Virus record (IMG/VR): IMGVR_UViG_3300042484_002457
Span: 124,001-188,000 of that record
Strand: one strand, 5' to 3'
DNA length: 64,000 nt
Positions 17,944-27,398 of the stretch are shown piece by piece. The translations under genes were made by a program, and so were the position numbers. The notes below the pieces were generated by a model. The model was not told the origin of the DNA. It saw only the letters and a program-made list of their open reading frames with translations, and did no database searches. Numbering within the stretch: the stretch's first letter is position 1; each line of letters opens with the position of its first letter.

Positions 17944-19118
17944 AATTCAAAGACTTTCGAACAGAAGAAAAAGTACGCTTGGATCCCAAGTGTTGGACAG
18001 GTAAAAAAATTGGCAACCCCAAGACCAAGGTCAAGGGTGGAGTTAGAGTCAACAACTGTGTGCCCGCTGAATCTGTTGAAGAGGCTGTAAATCCTGCACA
18101 ACAGGCTGCTATTGCTATTGCTAAAAAGAAAAAGAAACAAGGTCTGAAGGAAGGTACAGACAATCCCTACGGATATCGCAAAGGGCAAACTGTAAAACTT
18201 GGCAATGGTCAACAAGGTCGTGTCATTGATATTTTTGATGACAGCATTGAAGTTTTACTAGTTGGCGGCCGAACAGTCACAGTAGACTTCCGTGATGCAC
18301 GGGTAATCGACGAGCAAGGTGTGGCGGAAGATGCTGTGGCAGATTTCTTGGCTCGTGGTGGAGAAATACAAAAAGGCAAGCTACACAAACCACGCAAGGG
18401 TGAAACTTGGCAAGGATCATCACACATTGGTGCAGCAGGCGGAAAAGGTACCAAAGGCACAGTGTCGGGTCGAGCTGCTAACACCAATCCCAAAGGTGGC
18501 AAGCCAGTGGTCAGTGCTGAAGGTTTCAACCCTGAATACAACGACGAAGCAGGCATGGCCGACAACAATCTTGAAACCTTGGAACGTGCTGTGGCAGGTA
18601 TTGACGACCTAATTCAAACCGGTGATAACTTGCCAGAGTGGTGTCAAGAAAAGATCGCAGTGGCCAAGTCAATGTTGGTGGCTGTATGGGACTACATGGA
18701 AAGTGAAGAAGACTCTGAGGAAGTAGATCCTGAAGTGGACGAAATGTTTGAAGCCATGCAAGACCTGGTGTCAGAAATGGCCCAGAAAAATCGTGTGAGT
18801 GAAGATCTAGTGTGGGAACAGTTTGAAGCCATGCCGGATAACGTACTGTACGAAACAGCAGCTTGGCGTCGCAAAGAAGGCAAAAGCGCCAAAGGTGGAC
18901 TCAACGCCAAGGGTGTGGCCAGCTATCGCAGAGAGAATCCTGGTTCAAAACTACAAACAGCAGTCACAACCAAGCCCAGCAAACTCAAGCCAGGATCCAA
19001 AGCAGCCAAGCGCCGTAAATCATTCTGTGCAAGAATGGGCGGAGTCAAAGGACCAATGAAAAAGCCCAATGGCAAGCCCACACGCAAAGCTCTAGCCCTA
19101 CGTAAATGGAACTGCTAA
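17940..19118 (+). CDS. modular polyprotein, putative internal head protein
   Basis: MKFKDFRTE start; short modules bounded by x-x-E sites; QGVAED linker at 18315; basic C-terminal module ...RRKSFCARM...RKWNC. Confidence 0.75.
   Translation: MKFKDFRTEEKVRLDPKCWTGKKIGNPKTKVKGGVRVNNCVPAESVEEAVNPAQQAAIAIAKKKKKQGLKEGTDNPYGYRKGQTVKLGNGQQGRVIDIFDDSIEVLLVGGRTVTVDFRDARVIDEQGVAEDAVADFLARGGEIQKGKLHKPRKGETWQGSSHIGAAGGKGTKGTVSGRAANTNPKGGKPVVSAEGFNPEYNDEAGMADNNLETLERAVAGIDDLIQTGDNLPEWCQEKIAVAKSMLVAVWDYMESEEDSEEVDPEVDEMFEAMQDLVSEMAQKNRVSEDLVWEQFEAMPDNVLYETAAWRRKEGKSAKGGLNAKGVASYRRENPGSKLQTAVTTKPSKLKPGSKAAKRRKSFCARMGGVKGPMKKPNGKPTRKALALRKWNC
18315..18331 (+). repeat. ninth copy of the QGVAE linker repeat
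   Basis: CAAGGTGTGGCGGAAGA, in frame (QGVAED). Confidence 0.9.
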
Positions 19119-19119
19119 A

Positions 19120-19389
19120 ATGAAATATTGGGCTATTGCAATATTGTTGTGCCTGTCAGGATGTAGTACTGTGGTGCCTGTGGTTGCTAAGTTTCCCGAA
19201 GCACCGGGCCAACTGGTAAGTGAGCCTTGTCCCAATCTTAAAAAATTAAATGATGATGCGGCCTTGAGCAACATTGCACGTACCATTACTGAAAATTACA
19301 CCGCGTACTACGAATGCGCAGTCAAACTAGACGCATGGATTGAGTGGCACGCAAAACAAAAAATAATATTTGAAGGAGCCAACAAATGA
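19120..19389 (+). CDS. lipoprotein, putative outer-membrane spanin (Rz1-like)
   Basis: Lipobox LSGC after a hydrophobic signal; Pro-rich; two further Cys. Confidence 0.7.
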   Translation: MKYWAIAILLCLSGCSTVVPVVAKFPEAPGQLVSEPCPNLKKLNDDAALSNIARTITENYTAYYECAVKLDAWIEWHAKQKIIFEGANK

Positions 19390-20006
19390 GCATATTAACA
19401 CTGGAACAACTAAAACAACTGGTACCGGGAAACCCGTATATAGAAGACTGGCACGAGGCCCTGGACCAGTTGCTGGATGACTACGGTATCAACACACCAC
19501 AACGGGTGGCACACTTTGTTGCACAATGCGCCCACGAATCAGGTGGGTTCAAGTTCATCAAAGAAAACTTGAACTACAGTGCAGCCGGCCTCAACACCAC
19601 GTTCCGTAAGTATTTCCCCACACTGGAATCAGCTCGTTCCTATGAGCGCAAGCCAGAAAAGATTGCCAACCGGGTGTATGCCAACAGAATGGGCAACGGC
19701 GACGAAGCATCAGGTGATGGCTGGCGCTACTGCGGACGTGGGCTGATTCAGCTCACAGGCAAAGACAACTACACATTCTTTGCGGGCAGCCTAGGCATTC
19801 CCGTGGAAGAAGCTGCTGAATACTTGGCCACATTTGAAGGCGCAGCACAGTCAGCCTGTTTCTTCTGGGAACAAAACAACTTGAATCGCTTTGCTGACGT
19901 CAATGATGTGCGGGGACTAACTCGTGCCATCAATGGCGGCGCAATTGGCCTAGAAGACAGACAAAAACACACCGAACATGCACTACATGTGCTGACCGGA
20001 CACTAA
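19386..20006 (+). CDS. glycoside hydrolase family 19 endolysin
   Basis: FVAQCAHESGGF, ENLNYS, YCGRGLIQLTGKDNY, INGG. Confidence 0.93.
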   Translation: MSILTLEQLKQLVPGNPYIEDWHEALDQLLDDYGINTPQRVAHFVAQCAHESGGFKFIKENLNYSAAGLNTTFRKYFPTLESARSYERKPEKIANRVYANRMGNGDEASGDGWRYCGRGLIQLTGKDNYTFFAGSLGIPVEEAAEYLATFEGAAQSACFFWEQNNLNRFADVNDVRGLTRAINGGAIGLEDRQKHTEHALHVLTGH

Positions 20007-20023
20007 AATAACAGGAGCCAACC

Positions 20024-20530
20024 ATGAGCAAAAAACAATTACCTCCCGGCAAAATTACCAAATCAGAAGAAGACTGGATGACCAAGAAATGGCGTCCCAT
20101 GATGGCCATTATGTACATGACCGCATGTTTGTTTGACTTTGTGTTCTTCCCTATTATGTTTACTGCGGTACAGTTCTGGGAAGTCAGTGCAGCCAACGAT
20201 GCCTTCCGTCAGTGGGCACCAATAACACTGCAAGGCGGCGGCTTGTTCCACGTGGCCATGGGTGCTGTACTGGGCGTTAGTGCATGGAGTCGTGGACAAG
20301 AGAAAATGGCTGGTGTGACTGGTGGCTCAGCGCCAGCACCTGGCTGGGGGTCAATGCCTGTAGCCAACAACAGCTGGGGCAGCGCACCTGGTGCACAAAC
20401 TGCTGCATACACTCCAGCACCCAGCTGGGGATCAACACCTGTGGCCAGCAACAGCTGGGGCAGCGCACCTGTACAAACAGGTTGGGGAGGCAAAAAGGCT
20501 CCGCCTGAAGCCGAATTCCCTGTATTATAA
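20024..20530 (+). CDS. putative holin with low-complexity WG-repeat tail
   Basis: KWRPMMA followed by TM helices, LFHVAMGAVLGV...RGQEK; directly after the endolysin. Confidence 0.65.
   Translation: MSKKQLPPGKITKSEEDWMTKKWRPMMAIMYMTACLFDFVFFPIMFTAVQFWEVSAANDAFRQWAPITLQGGGLFHVAMGAVLGVSAWSRGQEKMAGVTGGSAPAPGWGSMPVANNSWGSAPGAQTAAYTPAPSWGSTPVASNSWGSAPVQTGWGGKKAPPEAEFPVL
20333..20471 (+). repeat. imperfect ~58-nt direct repeat, period 81 nt, in the holin tail
   Basis: PAPGWGSMPVANNSWGSAP / PAPSWGSTPVASNSWGSAP. Confidence 0.85.
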
Positions 20531-20539
20531 GGAAACATT

Positions 20540-20761
20540 ATGAAATCCATAATCTTAGCAATCACCCTGGCTCTAGGTACTTCGCTGGTGTTGGCCGAAG
20601 GGCCCCGAGAAACTGTCAAGGTCTGCGTTGACGTAAAAGACAAAGCAGGCCAAACAGTCATTGACCCCAAGACCAAGCAGCCCAAACAAAACTGCAAAGA
20701 AGTCAAAAAGCACAAGAAACTAGAAGGCGCTGAAAAAGTACCCGACGGCAAGAAGAAGTAA
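20540..20761 (+). CDS. small secreted protein
   Basis: Signal peptide, two Cys, Lys-rich. Confidence 0.65.
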   Translation: MKSIILAITLALGTSLVLAEGPRETVKVCVDVKDKAGQTVIDPKTKQPKQNCKEVKKHKKLEGAEKVPDGKKK

Positions 20762-20815
20762 CATTTGACCTTGTGCCCCTGGGTCCTGTATAATTAAATG
20801 TACAGGACCTTTTTC

Positions 20816-21577
20816 ATGACTGACTACTACGCCACCCTGGGTGTTGCAAAAACTGCCACTGCCGAGGAAATCAAACGAGCCTATCGTCGACTGGCTTCGC
20901 AACACCATCCTGATCGGGGTGGCAACACTGCCCAATTTCAACAGATTCAAGCGGCCTATGACACACTAGGCGATGCTGCCAAACGTGCCGCTTACGACAA
21001 CCCACAGCCGCAATTTGGTGGATTTGGTTTTCAACAAGGCCAAAACATCCATGACATTTTCAGTCAGATGTTTGGGCAACAACCACGTCGTGGCCACATA
21101 CGCATGACCATTGGAGTTGACTTAGTGGATGTGATCAATGGCAGCACAAGAACTGTGCAACTGGGCACAACACAGGGCTCCAACACAGTGGAAATTGCTA
21201 TACCCCGGGGTATTGACAACGGAGACACAGTGCAGTATGGCGGAATTGGTCCCGGGGGTTCAGACCTCATGGTACAGTTTAGAGTCAACCCCATGCCCAA
21301 TTGGCGCAGAGAAGGTATAAATCTGCACACCGAAGTTCAAGTGTCAATTTGGCAACTGATCCTGGGCAGTGAAATCACCATGACTGCACTCACAGGCAAT
21401 GAGCTTACTATTACAGTGCCCCCAATGACTCAACCCAATACTGTGATGCGCCTACGAGCACATGGAGTACATCATAGGTCTGGACAGCAGGGCGACATCA
21501 TGGTAAGAATTGTGGCCCAAATTCCCCAGAACATTCCCGCCGAAGTCATGGCAGCAATACAGCAACACTGCCCGTAA
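20816..21577 (+). CDS. dnaJ: DnaJ/CbpA-like co-chaperone
   Basis: DYYATLGV, HHPDRGG J-domain, G/F region and C-terminal domain; no zinc finger. Confidence 0.92.
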   Translation: MTDYYATLGVAKTATAEEIKRAYRRLASQHHPDRGGNTAQFQQIQAAYDTLGDAAKRAAYDNPQPQFGGFGFQQGQNIHDIFSQMFGQQPRRGHIRMTIGVDLVDVINGSTRTVQLGTTQGSNTVEIAIPRGIDNGDTVQYGGIGPGGSDLMVQFRVNPMPNWRREGINLHTEVQVSIWQLILGSEITMTALTGNELTITVPPMTQPNTVMRLRAHGVHHRSGQQGDIMVRIVAQIPQNIPAEVMAAIQQHCP

Positions 21578-21591
21578 TGTCAGTAGATCAC

Positions 21592-21620
21592 TTGACACCA
21601 ACGACTGTAAGTAGTATAAT
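21592..21620 (+). promoter_or_regulatory. sigma70-type promoter of clpA
   Basis: TTGACA, 17 nt spacer, TATAAT, then AAGGAG. Confidence 0.8.
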
Positions 21621-21644
21621 AATCACTGTAACTCAAGGAGCTTT

Positions 21645-23909
21645 ATGAATCCCACCGCCGAAATTGAACACATTGTTGAACAATCTGTAGCAATTGCTCA
21701 AACATTTCAACACGAATATGTCACAACCGAGCACCTGCTGCTGGCCATGGTTCGATATGCACCATTTCGAAAAACACTGGAGAATTTTGGTGTAGAAATT
21801 GACATGCTGGATCAAGACCTAACCAGTTATCTGAGTGGGTTACAAAATCTTGTTAAAGAAAATTCAGATCTAACACCCAAAAAGACCACGGCTCTGGAGC
21901 GTATTTTTAATCGTGCCAATGTGCAGGTGATGTTTACCGGGCGTAGACAAATGTCCCTGATTGATGTTTATCTTTCAATCATGGCTGAAGGCCACAGTCA
22001 CGCACAGTACTATCTCATGAGATACGGTGTGAAGAAAGTGGAATTTGTGGAGTTCTGGCAAAAGAACTATTCTGCCCAGGCCAGTGCCACTGGCATGAGT
22101 GTGAATCAAGCCAATGACATTCTCAACGAGTACTGCGTTGATCTCAGTGGTCGTGCTGCCAAGAACGAACTTGAGCCCATGATTGGTCGAGACACTGAAC
22201 TACAGGAAATGGTCACTGTGCTGGCACGACGCTTCAAGGCCAACGTGCTCATGGTAGGCGATCCTGGCGTGGGCAAGACTGCCATCATTGAAGGCCTGGC
22301 CCAGGAAATTCAAGCCGGTCGTGTGCCTGAGTTTCTCAAGGGTCACGAAGTATGGAGTTTGGAAATTGGCTCGCTGCTGGCAGGATCAAAGTATCGTGGT
22401 GATTTTGAGGAAAAGTTCAAGGCCGTGGTGTCAGCACTGGAAGCCAAGAAAAACTGTATCTTGTTTGTGGACGAAGCGCACACCATGAAGGGTGCTGGTG
22501 CAGGATCTAGCTCTAGCCTGGACTTTGCCAACATGCTGAAGCCGGCTATTACCAAGGGCAGTTTAAAAATCATTGCGTCAACCACCTGGGAAGAGTATTA
22601 CGAAAGCTTTGAAAAGGATCGTGCCCTGATGCGACGTTTCTATCGTCTCAGCATTGACGAACCTGATGCTGCGACCACAGAAAAGATTCTTATTGGACTC
22701 AGTCCACGCCTGGAACAGTTCCACAATGTGTTGATTGACACTGAAGCTATTACTGCTGCTGTGGACTTGGCCAATCGCTACATTCATGATCGCAAGAACC
22801 CTGACAAAAGTATTGACTTGATTGATGCTGCTTGTGCTCGGGAACGTGTGAAAGATGCAGGCTTGACAACCATCAACAAAGGCATGATTGAAGAACAGCT
22901 GAGCCGTGTGACCAGTGTGCCTGTAGACAAGTTACAGAACGAGCGCAGTGCCAAGATTGTGGAGCTAGAAGGCAATATCAAGCAACGGCTGTATGGACAG
23001 GATTCAGCTGTGGACACTGTGCTGGAACGTGTGTACATTAACTTTGCTGGTATTGGCAACGAGCGACGCCCCATGGCATCATTCCTGTTCTTGGGCCCCA
23101 CAGGCACAGGCAAAACTGAATTGGCTCGACTGCTGGCCGACAACTTGGACATGAAGCTGTTGAAATATGACATGAGCGAGTTCCAAGAGCGTCACAGTGT
23201 GAGTGGACTTATTGGTGCTCCCCCAGGTTACGTGGGCTTTGAAGACGGCAACATCGGCGGCGGCAAGCTGATTGCAGACATCAGCAAGAATCCTTTTTCA
23301 ATTATCTTGTTTGACGAGATTGAAAAGGCACACCCTGACGTTGCCAACATCATGCTGCAAATGCTAGACGATGGTGTGCTGACCAGTTCAAATGGCAAGA
23401 AAGTCAGCTGCAAGAACACCATTATCATCATGACGTCTAACCTGGGCGCACGTGATAGTGAAAGCAATGCAATTGGCTTTGGATCACAAGAAAAAACTGG
23501 TGAGGACGATCGTGCACTCAAAGAGCACTTCCGCCCCGAACTGCGAAATCGTATTGATGCTATCTGCAAGTTTGGGCGCCTGGACCAACTGGCCATTAAA
23601 AAGATTGTGCTGAAGTTTGTGGCTGAATTGCAAACCAGTCTTGGCAACAAAAACATACGACTCACTGTGACCGAAGCCATGGTAGAACACTTGGCCGAAA
23701 AAGGTTATGATCCCAAGATGGGTGCGAGGCCTCTGGGTCGCAAGATTGACGAGTTACTGCGTGTGCCACTCAGCAAGCGTATCTTGTTTGATCGCCTGGA
23801 CAACTGTGATATCACAGCTGACTTGGTGGAAGGTGGGGTCAAGTTTGATATTGCAACACACGAGACCAGCTTGCTAGACAGTGACGGAATTATTCGTTTC
23901 CCAGCATGA
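21645..23909 (+). CDS. clpA: ATP-dependent Clp protease ATP-binding subunit ClpA
   Basis: Clp N domain (EHLLLA), GDPGVGKT, LFVDEAH, GPTGTGKTE, GAPPGYVG, FDEIEKAHP, MGARPL. Confidence 0.95.
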   Translation: MNPTAEIEHIVEQSVAIAQTFQHEYVTTEHLLLAMVRYAPFRKTLENFGVEIDMLDQDLTSYLSGLQNLVKENSDLTPKKTTALERIFNRANVQVMFTGRRQMSLIDVYLSIMAEGHSHAQYYLMRYGVKKVEFVEFWQKNYSAQASATGMSVNQANDILNEYCVDLSGRAAKNELEPMIGRDTELQEMVTVLARRFKANVLMVGDPGVGKTAIIEGLAQEIQAGRVPEFLKGHEVWSLEIGSLLAGSKYRGDFEEKFKAVVSALEAKKNCILFVDEAHTMKGAGAGSSSSLDFANMLKPAITKGSLKIIASTTWEEYYESFEKDRALMRRFYRLSIDEPDAATTEKILIGLSPRLEQFHNVLIDTEAITAAVDLANRYIHDRKNPDKSIDLIDAACARERVKDAGLTTINKGMIEEQLSRVTSVPVDKLQNERSAKIVELEGNIKQRLYGQDSAVDTVLERVYINFAGIGNERRPMASFLFLGPTGTGKTELARLLADNLDMKLLKYDMSEFQERHSVSGLIGAPPGYVGFEDGNIGGGKLIADISKNPFSIILFDEIEKAHPDVANIMLQMLDDGVLTSSNGKKVSCKNTIIIMTSNLGARDSESNAIGFGSQEKTGEDDRALKEHFRPELRNRIDAICKFGRLDQLAIKKIVLKFVAELQTSLGNKNIRLTVTEAMVEHLAEKGYDPKMGARPLGRKIDELLRVPLSKRILFDRLDNCDITADLVEGGVKFDIATHETSLLDSDGIIRFPA

Positions 23910-24547
23910 CACTAGTATACCAACCACAGCCAAGAGACCGACTCTACTACGATCAGTATCAGTACTGCTTGACTTTTCAGCTCAGTCATTCTGGTCGCAG
24001 TCGCAGCCTGGACCCTGAAAAGATTCGCTCAGCTATTCATTTTGCCAATCTTTTGAAGTGGACCAATTCAAAAATCAGTGATGAACAAGAGAAAAATTTA
24101 CTAGAGTGCGCCAAAATATTTAGAGAATGTAACCAGCCACACAAACGAATTGTGTATGCCAACTGGCAGTATGTTTATACCAATCATGAAAGTCTACTGG
24201 CACAATTGCACAGTCTTGACTTTGTAAAACATTCCAAACTCACTGAAGCCGCAGTGACTCTGCCCCGGGATGTGGTAGTGCTTAAAAACAGCCAGTATCA
24301 GTTTAGAAGCTATTTCAGCAGTCGCTGGTTCAATCGAGAAGAAGTTGCTGCAATAAAGAACTTTCTGGTAAGCCGTGGCACTCAGTTTAGAACCACACTT
24401 GGTGTTCAGTCTCGATTAAATGGCCGATTCTTTTATCCCAACGACTGGATGTTTGTGGATCACAATGACGAAAAAGATGCATTGTTGCTCAATCTTGTAG
24501 CAAGTCAGTGTATTAGAAAAACGCTGCCCATACAGATTGCTAAATAA
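23906..24547 (+). CDS. hypothetical protein
   Basis: 213-aa ORF with ATGA overlap. Confidence 0.7.
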   Translation: MTLVYQPQPRDRLYYDQYQYCLTFQLSHSGRSRSLDPEKIRSAIHFANLLKWTNSKISDEQEKNLLECAKIFRECNQPHKRIVYANWQYVYTNHESLLAQLHSLDFVKHSKLTEAAVTLPRDVVVLKNSQYQFRSYFSSRWFNREEVAAIKNFLVSRGTQFRTTLGVQSRLNGRFFYPNDWMFVDHNDEKDALLLNLVASQCIRKTLPIQIAK

Positions 24548-24553
24548 TTTACT

Positions 24554-24721
24554 ATGGCAAAAATACACGAAGAAACAGTTGTGATCACACTGAGCAAGTT
24601 GATCAAAGAACGAGACACTGAAGAACAGTATCTTGCTACCAATGACATCTGCGATGCATTGCAATCAGTAGCAGAAGAACTCCTGGGTCAAGGTGTATTG
24701 GTTGAAGTTGTGAGAGCATAA
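24554..24721 (+). CDS. small hypothetical protein (55 aa, not in ORF track)
   Basis: MAKIHEETVVITLSKL...VEVVRA; TAAATA at 24541; TAATG coupling to the next gene. Confidence 0.7.
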   Translation: MAKIHEETVVITLSKLIKERDTEEQYLATNDICDALQSVAEELLGQGVLVEVVRA

Positions 24722-25089
24722 TGACCCCCACAACACAAACCATTCTGGGCACCACAATCTACGGTGAAGCTGCGGGCAACTACGACGGCAGCAGCCAGGA
24801 TTGGTTCAGTGTGGCTCGCAAAGCTGCTGACTACTATCGTGGATACGGTGGTGTTCAAACTGTGACAATATCAGTTGCTGGGTTTGAAGGCATCATGTAC
24901 ATCGAAGCCACTCTGGATTCTGACCCTGACTCTGCGGCCTGGTTTCCAACCTATACCTATGGTGACGGATCTAGCACACCTGTCACCGACTATCATCCTG
25001 CTACCATTACCGGAAACTTTACATGGATACGTGTAAGAGTTGAGGGATTTTCAGGTGGCACAATAAACTCAGTAACCATAACATACTAA
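24721..25089 (+). CDS. hypothetical beta-rich protein (possibly virion)
   Basis: 122-aa ORF coupled to both neighbours. Confidence 0.7.
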   Translation: MTPTTQTILGTTIYGEAAGNYDGSSQDWFSVARKAADYYRGYGGVQTVTISVAGFEGIMYIEATLDSDPDSAAWFPTYTYGDGSSTPVTDYHPATITGNFTWIRVRVEGFSGGTINSVTITY

Positions 25090-25523
25090 TGAACCCTGAC
25101 AAAATTTCTTTTGAATTTGATGTGGAGCGCACCCCTGCTGAGCCTGCCTTGGCTTTTCGTGTGCTGCATAACAATGTAGTGGTACACACCATGACGTCAG
25201 ATCAAGAGTCTGTGAAATTTGACATTGACGACAGTAATGGCGTGCATCAAATAACATTTGAATTGCAGGGCAAGACCCAGGTTCATACTCATGTTGATGA
25301 TCAAGGACAGATCACACAGGATGCAGTGATCAACATCAAAAACATCACAGTTGACGGGATTGAGGTTGGTCTTTTGATTTTTAATCATGCTGAATACACA
25401 CATGACTTTAATGGCAATGGGCAACCAGTTGTTGAAAAATTTTACGGTACCATGGGCTGTAATGGTTTGGCCACTGTGGAACTCACCACACCCATTTACC
25501 TGTGGCTTTTGGAAAACATGTAA
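25089..25523 (+). CDS. hypothetical protein
   Basis: 144-aa ORF with TAATG coupling. Confidence 0.7.
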   Translation: MNPDKISFEFDVERTPAEPALAFRVLHNNVVVHTMTSDQESVKFDIDDSNGVHQITFELQGKTQVHTHVDDQGQITQDAVINIKNITVDGIEVGLLIFNHAEYTHDFNGNGQPVVEKFYGTMGCNGLATVELTTPIYLWLLENM

Positions 25524-25524
25524 G

Positions 25525-26193
25525 TTATCTCGACTTGCAATGGTCCCCGTGCCATCTACCAAAGTGTCCGGGAGCAAATGATTTTTGGCAGTATACACAT
25601 GAGATTCGTTCAGAGTGAGCAAATGCGTATTTTTCTTTTTGCTCTGTGGTTCTATTCAACTGCTGCTGCCTGATTATTTCTCTACGTTCAGGAGTCATTT
25701 GATCAATAGTTTTTTGTCTCAGTATTTGTTTCAGCTCGTTACTAATTGGGCCACGCTTGTGTCCAGTATTGCCAGATGTTTTACCTCGGCGAGCAATAGC
25801 TGCTTGATGGTTTTTTCTAACCTCAGGATCGTGCATTGGGTTGTTTGTTTTTGTGTGTATTGATTTAATTCTACTATATTGCTGCCTTAATAACTCGTAT
25901 GTTCTTCCAGTTATTTTGTGTCGTTGTTGATTCTGGTTTTCTAAATTCGCCATAGTCCAGGCAGCATAGATCATCTTTTCTTTGTGAGGGCTAACAACCA
26001 TTTTAGTCAGTAACCAATGACAAACAAAGTGTTCTCGTGCAGTTAAATCCACCAAATTTTCTTTGAGATTTGACCCATCTAAACTTCGTGGTATAATATG
26101 ATGTCGTTCTTTGTATTCTGTTAGAGATCTTGTTTTTGCTCGTTGAACAATGTTGTTATACCATGTGGTATATTTGTTGTCAATAAATATCAT
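25525..26193 (-). CDS. HNH homing endonuclease
   Basis: ERHHIIPRSLDGSNLKENLVDLTAREHFVCHWLL; C-terminal CVYC...RWHGDHC; ATG 26193 behind AAGGAG. Confidence 0.88.
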   Translation of the reverse strand: MIFIDNKYTTWYNNIVQRAKTRSLTEYKERHHIIPRSLDGSNLKENLVDLTAREHFVCHWLLTKMVVSPHKEKMIYAAWTMANLENQNQQRHKITGRTYELLRQQYSRIKSIHTKTNNPMHDPEVRKNHQAAIARRGKTSGNTGHKRGPISNELKQILRQKTIDQMTPERREIIRQQQLNRTTEQKEKYAFAHSERISCVYCQKSFAPGHFGRWHGDHCKSR

Positions 26194-26262
26194 TGCTGGT
26201 GCTCCTTTCAAGCATTAGAGTAGTTGGATATGTCCAGTATCGCGAACTACACCTTTATTTAT
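26191..26262 (-). promoter_or_regulatory. conserved structured leader upstream of the HNH gene (copy A)
   Basis: Closely similar to 44653-44723 with compensatory stem changes. Confidence 0.75.
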
Positions 26263-26269
26263 AAATAAA
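26254..26269. promoter_or_regulatory. palindromic divergent T4-type late promoters
   Basis: TTTATTTATAAATAAA is a perfect palindrome carrying TATAAATA on both strands, between divergent genes. Confidence 0.7.
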
Positions 26270-26288
26270 CGAACAAAGATTTAACTAA

Positions 26289-27350
26289 ATGGGCAAAACA
26301 ATAGTGATTCAACCGGGTGGTTATCATCCCTTTCACGCGGGCCATCTCGCGCTTTATCAAAGTGCACGCCGTGCTTTTCCTGATGCCGAAGTGTTTGTGG
26401 CCGCCACCAACGACACATCAACACGACCTTTTCCGTTTGCTGTGAAAGAAAAACTGGCCAAGTTGGCCGGAGTTGAGCCTGGACATTTTGTGCAGGTCAA
26501 GTCGCCATTTAGAGCTGAAGAAATCACCAGCAGATTCAATCCTGAACAAGACGTCCTGATTTTTGTGCGCAGCGAAAAAGACGAAAATAAACCTCCGCAA
26601 GCTGGCGGCGTTAAAAAAGATGGTGCACCTGCATACTTGCAACGGCTGGAAGATGCGCAGAGGCTGGAACCATTTGCCCGGCATGCATACATGGCTTACT
26701 TGCCCACAGTGGAGTTTGGTCCCGGAATGACGTCAGCTACAGAGATTCGTGCAGCATGGCCCAAGCTGAATGAAAAGCGCAAGACAGCTCTTGTGATGAG
26801 CTTGTATCCTGACACACAGCGAAATCCAGCCTTGGCAGCAGTAGTGGTCAAGATGTTGGACACTGCCATTGGTAGCACAGTGGACGAAAATCAAGGCTGG
26901 GCTGCTACATACACCAATGAAGGTAACAAGAATAAAAATTACGAAGCTGATCCTGAACTAAAACAATCAAAACTATTTGCTAAACAGCATTATTCGCAAC
27001 ACACCAATGATCCTGATATGGCTTTTGACAAGTGGGTACAGCGCAGCCTCATGCACAGCAAGCAAGACGATGTACAGCAGGATCAAATATTAAAACGTCT
27101 AACACAAAAAGTGGACATTCTAGCACGTCGTCTACAACAAGCACAGTTGCCCGTGGGCGAAAATGCTGGACAAATGGCCGGAACACCAGCTGTGGGTGGT
27201 ATGTGGGCCGGTTATCAGCAGCGTGAAAATCAGCCCGTGGACGAAGACTACGTTGAAGAAAAATGGAGCGCAAAATACAAGAGCAGTATCAATTGTGCCA
27301 ATCCTAAGGGATTTAGTCAACAAGCTCACTGTGCAGGTCGCAAAAAATAA
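26289..27350 (+). CDS. cytidylyltransferase-like (HxGH) protein with C-terminal appended modules
   Basis: PGGYHPFHAGH, SATEIR; terminal module EEKWSAKYKSSINCANPKGFSQQAHC. Confidence 0.75.
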   Translation: MGKTIVIQPGGYHPFHAGHLALYQSARRAFPDAEVFVAATNDTSTRPFPFAVKEKLAKLAGVEPGHFVQVKSPFRAEEITSRFNPEQDVLIFVRSEKDENKPPQAGGVKKDGAPAYLQRLEDAQRLEPFARHAYMAYLPTVEFGPGMTSATEIRAAWPKLNEKRKTALVMSLYPDTQRNPALAAVVVKMLDTAIGSTVDENQGWAATYTNEGNKNKNYEADPELKQSKLFAKQHYSQHTNDPDMAFDKWVQRSLMHSKQDDVQQDQILKRLTQKVDILARRLQQAQLPVGENAGQMAGTPAVGGMWAGYQQRENQPVDEDYVEEKWSAKYKSSINCANPKGFSQQAHCAGRKK

Positions 27351-27398
27351 CACAGTCGTTTATAATCCGTAAATACTACATCTTATTACGGAGAAAAC

